Of a stretch of 51,408 bases of DNA, positions 28,764-36,884 are shown in pieces. Origin of the DNA: an uncultured bacterium (lineage in GTDB: Bacteria; Patescibacteriota; Minisyncoccia; Moranbacterales; GWC2-37-73); contig CAINNK010000046.1 in assembly GCA_903851135.1 (NCBI GenBank), positions 1 through 51,408 of the forward strand, in the 5' to 3' direction. The position numbers and the translations under genes are program-made. How positions within the stretch are numbered: the stretch's first letter is position 1; every line of letters begins with the position of its first letter. A model generated the notes under the pieces. That model searched no databases. It worked only from the letters and a program-made list of their open reading frames with translations, and was not told the DNA's origin.

Positions 28764-29258
28764 CTTACTTCACACTAGTAGCATGTGCAAATTTTGCACA
28801 TGCTACTTTTTCGCTCAATTCAGCATCGCAAATTTAGGGTTAACCTTTCTTTTCCCTGCTTACCGACAGATAGGCATAAGTTCGGCTGCGTTGGAGTTGA
28901 GTGGAAAATCTTCGGCGGTGTGCTGGCGCAAAACTACGGTGGCCCATTTGCGAAATTCGATGGCTTGCTGCGAGTTGATTCAATAGCCGACCGCCAAGAC
29001 AATGTCCAAACTATAAAAGACCACTGGCTTGTCAGAATTTGCGATCCGCATTTTCTGCAAGTTACTTTCCTTGTCGATTTCACCATCCTTAAAAATGCCC
29101 TTCAGATGTCGCGAGACAACAGACTGATCTCTTTCATACAAATTCACAATGTCGGCTTGCGATGCCCAAAGCGTGTTGGCATAAAAATCCCTTCTGATTT
29201 CAACAGCTCCCTTGCTCGTCTGAAAAATCACAATTTCATTTTTCTTTTTTTGCTGCAT
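28764..29258 (-). pseudogene. RhuM-family (virulence RhuM-like) pseudogene
   Basis: TLWASQADIVNLYERDQSVVSRHLKGIF...YSLDIVLAVGY, then TGA, then in-frame INSQQAIEFRKWAT; the family normally reads VGYRVNS. A second RhuM-like fragment (ELSEKVACAKFAHAT) lies near 28775-28825. Confidence 0.8.
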
Positions 29259-29307
29259 AGCTTTTAGAATTAGATACGATTCATGGTTCCAGTCAAAACT
29301 TAAATCT

Positions 29308-29337
29308 AAAATTTTTACGAGCTTGTTTGCTTTTTAG
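29308..29337 (+). repeat. Family B left arm
   Basis: aatttttacgagcttgtttgctttttag, 28 bp identical to 35440-35467. Confidence 0.85.
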
Positions 29338-29357
29338 TCTGCACTTCTTAAATATAG

Positions 29358-29499
29358 ACTTAGGGCTTGCGCGTTTGATCGAAAATTACTTACAACCAGT
29401 TTTCTTAGCAAGTGAGACACTTGAAGTAGACCAGGGGCAATTTGCTTAGCAAAGAAATTACGCTCTAGGAATTTGAGAGCAAGGGCGCAAGCTCTAAGT
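29358..29499 (+). repeat. Palindromic element family A, copy 2
   Basis: acttagggcttgcgc...gcgcaagctctaagt arms with a compensatory change relative to copy 1, and the same core. Confidence 0.9.
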
Positions 29500-29537
29500 A
29501 AGGTCTGACTAAGTCATAAGCAAAGCCTAACAATGAT

Positions 29538-29566
29538 ATTATATCACCACCAAAGCAGGTCGTCAA
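29538..29566 (-). promoter_or_regulatory. Sigma70-like promoter reading leftward through the family A element toward the rhuM remnant
   Basis: Minus strand TTGACG-17 nt-TATAAT. Confidence 0.65.
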
Positions 29567-29655
29567 AGATTTTAATTTTAAGCCTGCTGCTGGCTAGACT
29601 TCCTAGCCTTTTTGAGCTAGAATAGAAACAACTTAAACTTAAAACTTTTCATTTT

Positions 29656-31494
29656 ATGCTAAAAAAATACGCCGTACCTTTCATCCTAACCCTCGTAATC
29701 GCCCTGAATCTTTTTTTGGGATTTTCCAGAATCGGAACTTATTCCGCCGTCGATGAACCCTATTGGACCTATGGACGCACTTCCAAATTTTGGACTGCCA
29801 TTGCCCAACACAAATGGCGCTCAACCAACATCAACGACAAACCCGGCATCACCGTGGCGATTTTGTCAGGCGCCGGACTACTGAAATATGATCCGATGCA
29901 ATATGAATCAATCCGAGGAGACGTGAAAACCGATCAGCAAATCAAAGACATCGACGGCATCAACTTTTATTTCCGAATGCCGATTTTTCTGTTTTGCACT
30001 TTCTCTTTGTTGGCTTTTTATTTCTTACTGAAAAAACTTTTTGGTCAAACCACCGCCCTGCTGGGTTTTGTTTTCATCGGCCTATCTCCAATTTTGCTGG
30101 GTATTTCCCTGATTATTAATCCGGATTCCTTGCTTTGGATCTTCCTGCCACTTTCCTTGCTGAGTTATTTTGCTTTTCAAAAACAGGCCGAGAAAAAATA
30201 TCTAGTGGCCAGTGGAATTTTCCTGGGACTTTCCCTGCTGACCAAATACGTAGCCAACATCCTTTACATTTTCTTTTTCATTTTGCCATTCTTGGAATAC
30301 ATCCTGACTGAAGAAAAACCGCCGCTGAAAAATTTTCTCAAAGCAGCGCTCAAAAATTATTTCATCCTCGCCGCCATTTCCATGGCAACTTTTTATGTTT
30401 TGTTTCCCGCCACCTGGGCGCATCCAAAAGTTTTGCTAGAAGGAACTTTCCTCAGCAAAGCGTTTGCCAAAACCTGGCCGATTTTCGCCGGCCTGGTCTT
30501 CCTCATCCTGGCTGACACCGTGCTGCTCAGCAACAAAATCACCCAGCCAATTTTGAACTTTTTTTCCAAACATAAAAAAATCTTCATCAACATTTTGATC
30601 TTTGCTTTTCTTGGAATTGTGCTATTGGTTTTCGTGGACACCTACTTGGGCATGAAACCTTTCAACTTGGAAGGCATCCTTTCTTCTCCCAAAGGCATTG
30701 GCATTAATGAAAAAGGTTTTGCCGTTGCCACCGCCGGCGCCATGTTGGCCAATGTGTATAGCTTGATTTTTGGCATGAATCCTGTCATCTTGTTGTTTTT
30801 CATCATTGGACTACTGACAACCACTAAGCAAAAAGTCGCAATCGATCAAGAAAAGAAAACTATCATTTATTTTGCGCTTTTCATTTTGCTTTACTATCTG
30901 GCCTCAACCGTCAACGACGTGGCTGCCACTGTGCGCTATCAAATCATCCTTTATCCTTTGGCTTTCATCATCGCTGCCATTGGCGCAAACCACGTTTTTT
31001 CGCAAAAGAAAATTCAGCAATTCAAATATATCACGCCTTTTGCAGTGACCATCGCGTTTTTCGCCATCCTGGCAATTTCCCTGCTGGCGCTCAAACCTTT
31101 TTATTTCACCTACGCCTCTTCCTTACTGCCGGAAAAATATTTGCTCAACACCAAAGATATGGGCGATGGCAGTTTCGAAGCCGCCGCTTATCTCAATGCA
31201 TTGCCTAATGCTCGCAACCTGATTGTCTGGTCAGACAAAGGCGCAGTTTGCACTGAATTTGTCGGAACTTGCAACATTGGTTTTTCCAAAAAAGATTTGC
31301 TGGGAAAAAATTATGACTATTTCGTCATTTCCGCCGGTCGAGTCAGCCGTTCAATGAAACTGTCAGGCAGCGCCAATGACATCGTTGATTTCAAAAAAAT
31401 CTATGCGACTGAAAAAGTTGAAAAAAACATCACTGTCGGCGGACGCTCGAATAATTTTGTGAAAATTATTTCCGCCCAAGCACTGAAAAATTAA
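29656..31494 (+). CDS. ArnT/PMT-like GT-C glycosyltransferase (distinct subfamily)
   Basis: AVDEPYW (DE motif), NDKPG, INPDS, GLSLLTKY, VRYQ; polytopic. Confidence 0.8.
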   Translation: MLKKYAVPFILTLVIALNLFLGFSRIGTYSAVDEPYWTYGRTSKFWTAIAQHKWRSTNINDKPGITVAILSGAGLLKYDPMQYESIRGDVKTDQQIKDIDGINFYFRMPIFLFCTFSLLAFYFLLKKLFGQTTALLGFVFIGLSPILLGISLIINPDSLLWIFLPLSLLSYFAFQKQAEKKYLVASGIFLGLSLLTKYVANILYIFFFILPFLEYILTEEKPPLKNFLKAALKNYFILAAISMATFYVLFPATWAHPKVLLEGTFLSKAFAKTWPIFAGLVFLILADTVLLSNKITQPILNFFSKHKKIFINILIFAFLGIVLLVFVDTYLGMKPFNLEGILSSPKGIGINEKGFAVATAGAMLANVYSLIFGMNPVILLFFIIGLLTTTKQKVAIDQEKKTIIYFALFILLYYLASTVNDVAATVRYQIILYPLAFIIAAIGANHVFSQKKIQQFKYITPFAVTIAFFAILAISLLALKPFYFTYASSLLPEKYLLNTKDMGDGSFEAAAYLNALPNARNLIVWSDKGAVCTEFVGTCNIGFSKKDLLGKNYDYFVISAGRVSRSMKLSGSANDIVDFKKIYATEKVEKNITVGGRSNNFVKIISAQALKN

Positions 31495-31532
31495 CAAGCC
31501 ATGAGTAAATAATAACTTTCGGAAAATAAGTT

Positions 31533-31659
31533 AGAAATTTTTACCTCACTTGTTTACTTTTTAGGGCGCGCTCCTTTGGTCAGGAGTTATGACCAATCGC
31601 TCAGTACTCACTGTCGCTCGCAGTGGTCTAAAAAAGCAAACAAGCTCGTAAAAATTTCT
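31533..31659 (-). repeat. Palindromic element family B (full copy, reverse)
   Basis: Arms agaaatttttacctcacttgtttactttttag / ctaaaaaagcaaacaagctcgtaaaaatttct. The core is the reverse complement of the 10764/35440 core. Confidence 0.85.
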
Positions 31660-31714
31660 GAGTAAGTTTTAATTAAAGCCAGTACTTGAGTTTAACCAAA
31701 ATTAACAAACTACC

Positions 31715-33448
31715 ATGTCGCCAGAAAACCAAAAAGAAAAATTGCTCAAAAAAATTAAAGCCAACAAGCTCGAAATCATTTTCATCATCGCAGTCATCTC
31801 ACTCGGAATTTTCCTGAGAACTTTTCACTTTTCCAGCTGGCTGCATTTCGAAATAGATCAAGCTTTCGATTTCGATTTGGTCTTGCCAGCTGTCAGCGAT
31901 GGTCCGCAAAACTTGCCTTTGCTTGGTCCCAACGTCGGCGGCGGGCTGCTGCGACTTGGTCCAGCCTTTTACTATTTGCAATACGCAAGCGCCCTTGTCT
32001 TTGGCAACACCCCAACCGGCCACGCCATGAACGTGCTTATTTTGTCCATCTTGGCGTTGCCGCTCTTTTATGTTTTCTGCCGCAAATATTTTTCCAAAAT
32101 TGAAGCCTTGGGCTTGCTGACAATCTTTACCACTTCGCTTTACTGCGTGCTTTATGCCCGTTTTTCCTGGAGTCCCAACGTGTTGCCATTTTTGATTTTG
32201 TTTTCTTTCTTTGCGCTGCTGCAAGCTTTTGCAGCCAAAGAAAAACATCCGGCTCGCTGGTTTTTGCTGTCTGTTGCGGCTATCACCGTCACCTCTCAAA
32301 TCCACTTTAATTCCTTTTTTGTTGCGCCGCTCATCGCCGTGACTTTCACCGCCATCAAACGTCCTCGCTTTGCTTGGAAAGTCTGGTTGGCCGCCCTGGG
32401 AATTGTTGCCGTGCTCTATCTCCCGGTTGTTCTTAATGACGTCAAAAACAGCAAAGAAAATTATCATTATTTGAAAGAAAAATTTGCCAAGACCAAGCCG
32501 GGAGACATTTTTGCGGCCAACACCATCTTCCAAACAGTTCAGTATAGCGCCTATGAATATTTTTTCATCAACACTGCCAACGACCAAATCAACGGAACCA
32601 AACTGACTGGCAATGGCTTTGACTGCAAAAACTGCCAGGAAAATCTTGGCTTGAAGATTTTGGCAATTGTGCTTTTTTTGCTCAGCTTAGTGGTTTTGAT
32701 GGTAAAATTTCTAAAGGAAAAAAACAGCGACCGCAAAAATTTTCTGCTCTTGGCGGCTTTGTGGTTTTTGTTTTCTTTTTATTTGATTTACTCTATCGCC
32801 GACGGCTATCGCATGTATCCAAGATTTTTCCTGATGATTTGCCCACTGGCCATCATCTTTTATGGCTTTCTTTTGCAGCTGCTCAGACCCGAGCAAAACA
32901 AAAAGCGACTCGCCATTTTTTGCGCCGCTATTTTGGTGCTGGCTGGTCTTAATTTGCAAAGAATAATTCCAGTTTTTCAGCAATTGCAAAGCGCGCCAGT
33001 CAGTCAAAATGATGACATCGAAACAGGCGACATTTTTCCAAACACCAACCGTCTTACTCTTGGACAACAAGTCGCAATTGTCGACTACATCCAATCCAAA
33101 GCAAAAACCAATAACTATCCAGTTTATCTGAGCGCCAAATCAGAATATGAACCGGCCTTCTGGGCACTACTTGAACAACGCAACATTCACTATTACAGCG
33201 AGATCAACACCAAGCAACTCTACGTGCAAGGAAATTATTTTGACATTCGTTTGGCTGGCGCTTCTGACAAAGTTGATTCTAAATTCGCTGCCTTGGAAAG
33301 CAAAAATTTTGGCACCCTGACTGTTTATTTCATGCAGCCCTTGCCGCAAGCCGCAACCGCCCAAAGACAAGCTGATTCGCAAAGAGAAAAAACTGAGGAA
33401 ATCAGCATTGTTTCAAAGTTGCTCACGTGGGAGAAACTTTTTAAGTGA
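31715..33448 (+). CDS. ArnT/PMT-like GT-C glycosyltransferase (paralog 5)
   Basis: SWLHFEIDQAFD, GPQNLPLLGP, LRLGPAFYY, YARFSWSPN, SQIH. Confidence 0.82.
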   Translation: MSPENQKEKLLKKIKANKLEIIFIIAVISLGIFLRTFHFSSWLHFEIDQAFDFDLVLPAVSDGPQNLPLLGPNVGGGLLRLGPAFYYLQYASALVFGNTPTGHAMNVLILSILALPLFYVFCRKYFSKIEALGLLTIFTTSLYCVLYARFSWSPNVLPFLILFSFFALLQAFAAKEKHPARWFLLSVAAITVTSQIHFNSFFVAPLIAVTFTAIKRPRFAWKVWLAALGIVAVLYLPVVLNDVKNSKENYHYLKEKFAKTKPGDIFAANTIFQTVQYSAYEYFFINTANDQINGTKLTGNGFDCKNCQENLGLKILAIVLFLLSLVVLMVKFLKEKNSDRKNFLLLAALWFLFSFYLIYSIADGYRMYPRFFLMICPLAIIFYGFLLQLLRPEQNKKRLAIFCAAILVLAGLNLQRIIPVFQQLQSAPVSQNDDIETGDIFPNTNRLTLGQQVAIVDYIQSKAKTNNYPVYLSAKSEYEPAFWALLEQRNIHYYSEINTKQLYVQGNYFDIRLAGASDKVDSKFAALESKNFGTLTVYFMQPLPQAATAQRQADSQREKTEEISIVSKLLTWEKLFK

Positions 33449-33505
33449 GTTTAAGAAAAGTTTTTTTACAGATGATTCTAAATAAGTCTAGTTATTTCGC
33501 AGCGT

Positions 33506-33620
33506 ATTTTTACGAGCTTGTTTCCTTTTTAGAGCACGCTCCTTGGCTAGGAACTATAGCCAAGGGCTCTGGCTTCCTGTCGGGCGCTAAGGCCTAAAAA
33601 GAAAACAAGCTCGTAAAAAT
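33506..33620 (-). repeat. Palindromic element family B (full copy, reverse)
   Basis: Arms atttttacgagcttgtttcctttttag / ctaaaaagaaaacaagctcgtaaaaat, with internal hairpin cttggctag..tatagccaag. Confidence 0.85.
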
Positions 33621-33704
33621 TTTGAAACATTTCATGTTCCTGAAGCCATGCATTTCGCATGCTTCATATTTAAATCTATCTTGTTTGTTAAATTATTATT
33701 CACT

Positions 33705-35372
33705 ATGCCAAAAAACAAAACCGTAGCCAAACAAAAACCCAAAAAAAATAAACTCCTGTTGCCAAACTATCTCATCTATCTTTTCATCGGCATCTTGATC
33801 TTGCTGGGAATTTCACTTAACCGTGAAAATTTGATTTCCATCAAAAAAACCCTCGTCCCGCAACCAATAGTCGCCCCACTACCCACATACGAAACAATCA
33901 ACATCAATCCTTTTCAAAATGAAAGCAACTTCACCTTGCCCTTTGCCATGCCAGACATTGTTCAACCAATTTTTCCTGAACGCGCTTGCAACATCGCCGA
34001 CTATGGAGCCGTAGCAGACGCCACTACCAAAAATACTCAAGCCATTGCCAATGCCATCGCCGACTGCGCGAAAAATGGCGGCGGTCACGTGCTGATTCCA
34101 AAGGGAGCTTGGCTGACCGGAGCCGTGCATCTGGAAAGCAACATTGATCTACATTTAAACCAAGGCGCAGTTTTGATTTTCAGCGCTGATCCAAATGATT
34201 ATCTGCCGGTTGTGCTCTCCCGCTATGAAGGCATCGATGTTTACAATTATTCTCCCCTCATTTACGCCAACGGCAAACAAAACATTGCAGTCACCGGCAA
34301 TGGCAGAATTTTGGGCAACGGCCAAGCTTGGCTGGATTTTAACGACGTGGCTATCACTCATACTCTCTATGACATGGGCGACAAAAATGTGCCAATCAAA
34401 AATCGCGTCTTCGGCAGTGCTGAAAAAATGCTGCGACCGGCTTTCATTGAATTCATCAACAGCAATTCTATTCTGCTTGAAGATTTTTCCATTGAAAACG
34501 GCCCAATGTGGACCATTCATCCAACCTACAGTCAAAACATCATCATTCGCAATATTTCCATTTTGACAACTGGCAAAAACAACGACGGCATTGATGTTGA
34601 CTCGTCGAAAAATGTGCTCATCGAAGATTCACGCCTGAACACCAACGATGATTCCATTGCTCTCAAATCTGGCAAAGCCCGTGACGGCTTGAAAGTCAAC
34701 CGGGCCACCGAAAACATCATCATTCGCAACAACGTCATCAGCAACGGTCATGGAGGCATTGCCATTGGCAGTGAGATTGCCGGCGGAGTTCAAAATGTTT
34801 TCATGTATAATTGCAGTATCATTGGCAATCAATATGGCATTCGTTTGAAAGGCTTGGAAAATGAAAGCATTTGGGCAAACAATTTGTGGTTTCAAAACAT
34901 TAAAATGGATAAAATTCTTTTTAATGCAATTCAAATGACCATGCACTATGGTTCCGACCAAGCTTCCGGCAACACCGGCGTGCCTGTTTTTCAAAATATT
35001 CATTTTTCAAACATTGTTAGTCCTCATTCCCACGAGTCGATTGAAATAGATGCCTTGGAAAACAGCCCTGTGGAAGACGTGACGATTGAAAATAGCAGAC
35101 TTGCCGCTGGGGCAGGTGTCGATCTGCAAAACGTCAACAATTTTTCACTCAAGACCACCACTATCCAATCCAAAGAAGCTCCAATTTTCACCATCACCAA
35201 TAGCCGCAACGTGCTACTTGAAAATCCAAGTTGCCCACTGGCCACAAAAATATGCGCCGCGGTCAACGGCGCTGCAACACAAAACATTCAATTGCCTTCA
35301 AAAAATCCAACTACCCTTCAAAAGAAAGTCCAACTTAGTCCGGAAGTTTCCAGCGATCAAGTTTCTTTTTGA
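33705..35372 (+). CDS. Glycoside hydrolase family 28 (polygalacturonase-like), membrane anchored
   Basis: All four GH28 motifs: NNDGID, NDDSIALKSG, GHGGIAIGSE, GIRLK. Basic N-terminus plus TM. ATG 33705 preferred over 33648. Confidence 0.92.
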   Translation: MPKNKTVAKQKPKKNKLLLPNYLIYLFIGILILLGISLNRENLISIKKTLVPQPIVAPLPTYETININPFQNESNFTLPFAMPDIVQPIFPERACNIADYGAVADATTKNTQAIANAIADCAKNGGGHVLIPKGAWLTGAVHLESNIDLHLNQGAVLIFSADPNDYLPVVLSRYEGIDVYNYSPLIYANGKQNIAVTGNGRILGNGQAWLDFNDVAITHTLYDMGDKNVPIKNRVFGSAEKMLRPAFIEFINSNSILLEDFSIENGPMWTIHPTYSQNIIIRNISILTTGKNNDGIDVDSSKNVLIEDSRLNTNDDSIALKSGKARDGLKVNRATENIIIRNNVISNGHGGIAIGSEIAGGVQNVFMYNCSIIGNQYGIRLKGLENESIWANNLWFQNIKMDKILFNAIQMTMHYGSDQASGNTGVPVFQNIHFSNIVSPHSHESIEIDALENSPVEDVTIENSRLAAGAGVDLQNVNNFSLKTTTIQSKEAPIFTITNSRNVLLENPSCPLATKICAAVNGAATQNIQLPSKNPTTLQKKVQLSPEVSSDQVSF

Positions 35373-35439
35373 AAGAAAAGTCAGCATTTAAGCTGAGAAG
35401 TGATTATATATAAATCATGCTTTTCTAAAACTAAGTTAG

Positions 35440-35557
35440 AATTTTTACGAGCTTGTTTGCTTTTTAGACCACTGCGACCGACAGCGAATTCTGAGCGATT
35501 GGCTATAGTTCCTAGCCAAGAGCGTGTCCTAAAAAGTAAACAAGGGAAGTAAAAATT
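35440..35557 (+). repeat. Palindromic element family B (full copy, forward)
   Basis: Arms aatttttacgagcttgtttgctttttag / ctaaaaagtaaacaagggaagtaaaaatt, with core cactgcgaccgacagcg..gagcgattggcta..tagccaa. Confidence 0.85.
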
Positions 35558-35621
35558 TTAAGGAGTCAATTCAAAATTTTTAAAACCCTATATTTTGTAT
35601 GATGCACGCTACACATAATAC

Positions 35622-36563
35622 CTAAACAGCTTTGCGATTTTTCAAATAAAGCGGCAAAGCCGTGAAGCTGACAATCATTTGCAAAATCCTAATAATAATG
35701 GAAACTGCAATGACCGCCGAAGAACTCACCCCGAAAAAGCCAAAAAAAGTGACATACGCCCATTCTTGCACGCCAATGTTCCCCACACTGATTGGCACGG
35801 CTGAAACAATGCTAATCAAAAAGATTACCGAAAGATAATTCAGGAGGCCAACTTGAATTCCCAACGCCCAAAAAATCACAAAATTCAAAACCGCCAAACC
35901 CACCAAACCAAAAACAACAGACAGAGTCATCGCACCCAAAAAGATTTTTTTGTGAGCATAATATTCATGCAGCGCCCCCAGAAATTCCAAAACTTTTTTC
36001 GGAATAAATTTGGCAAGATGTTTCCAAAATGGAAGTTTCATGATCAGTCCCAAACTTAGAACCCCAAACAAACACAGCAAAATCAAACTCGCAATTGATA
36101 GGAGAACCTTGTGTTCAAAAATAACTTGCCAATTGAGAGCTGCGAAAAAAACTGACAGCAGCATAGCTCCAAGCAATCCCGTCAATCTATCCATCACCAC
36201 ACTGGCAGCGGCCGCCGCAAATCTTTTGTCTTTTTTGCCAATTTGATAAGCGCGATAAGTGTCGCCGCCAATAAAAGACGGTAAAAAATTGTTAATAAAA
36301 GTTCCTGTTAAATATAGTTGAAAACACTGCTGGACCGAAACATCCAGACCTTTGAACTTGGCCAACATTTGCCATTTGAAAGAAGAAATTACCATCCCAA
36401 CAAGAAGCACCGCGACATACAGAACAATTTGCCAAACAGAAATTCTTTTCAGATAGAACAACACTTCCGCCCATTCTATTTTCAAAATCAACAAATACAC
36501 CAGCACCGCGCTGGCAGCCAATTTCAAAACAAACTGAGCAATTCTTTTTTGATTGATTTGCAT
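35622..36563 (-). CDS. Lysylphosphatidylglycerol synthase TM-domain / flippase-like protein (UPF0104)
   Basis: FINNFLPSFIGGDTYR, SVVMDRLTG, PISVGNIGVQE. Confidence 0.88.
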   Translation of the reverse strand: MQINQKRIAQFVLKLAASAVLVYLLILKIEWAEVLFYLKRISVWQIVLYVAVLLVGMVISSFKWQMLAKFKGLDVSVQQCFQLYLTGTFINNFLPSFIGGDTYRAYQIGKKDKRFAAAAASVVMDRLTGLLGAMLLSVFFAALNWQVIFEHKVLLSIASLILLCLFGVLSLGLIMKLPFWKHLAKFIPKKVLEFLGALHEYYAHKKIFLGAMTLSVVFGLVGLAVLNFVIFWALGIQVGLLNYLSVIFLISIVSAVPISVGNIGVQEWAYVTFFGFFGVSSSAVIAVSIIIRILQMIVSFTALPLYLKNRKAV

Positions 36564-36586
36564 ATTTTTTGCTAAATAAAAGGGTA

Positions 36587-36650
36587 TTAATACCCCAGGG
36601 CAAGCCCTGGACCCTTCAGGCTCACACCGATAAAATCGGTGAGGTATTAA
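36587..36650. repeat. Branched palindromic REP-like element
   Basis: Outer ttaatacc/ggtattaa enclosing hairpins ccaggg-caag-ccctgg and caccgat-aaa-atcggtg. Confidence 0.7.
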
Positions 36651-36654
36651 ACCT

Positions 36655-36723
36655 TTTGTTATCGTCGCTCGCTCGGAAATGAAAGAGTACTTTCATTCCT
36701 CTCGCTTCGCTAGATAATAAAAT
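36655..36723 (-). repeat. Family C repeat (copy 2, inverted)
   Basis: Its reverse complement aligns with 9448-9517. Confidence 0.8.
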
Positions 36724-36739
36724 TTTACTACTTCTTTAA

Positions 36740-36877
36740 GCTAGGGCTTACGCGTTTGCTCGAAAATTACTTACAACCAGTTTTATTAGCGAGAAAAACT
36801 TGAAGTAGACCAGGGGCAGCTTTCTTAGCAAAGAAAATACGCTCTAGGAATTTACGAGCAGGCGCGTAAGCCCTAGC
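36740..36877 (+). repeat. Palindromic element family A, copy 3
   Basis: gctagggcttacgcgtttgctcg / cgagcaggcgcgtaagccctagc arms and the same core. Confidence 0.9.
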
Positions 36878-36884
36878 AATAATA

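Noticed and set aside
28980-28982. UGA recoding (code 25 or selenocysteine) suggested by homology continuing past the rhuM TGA
   Set aside because: The conserved residue there is Arg. TGA ends normal genes (14791, 33448, 35372), and an intact prfB is present.
29308-35557. Canonical integron attC cassettes
   Set aside because: The elements lack RYYYAAC/GTTRRRY boxes, occur in both orientations, and no intI is present. Only an analogy is claimed.
10764-36877. Families A and B as a CRISPR array
   Set aside because: The repeats are 115-140 bp, kilobases apart and separated by whole genes. There are no regular spacers and no cas genes.
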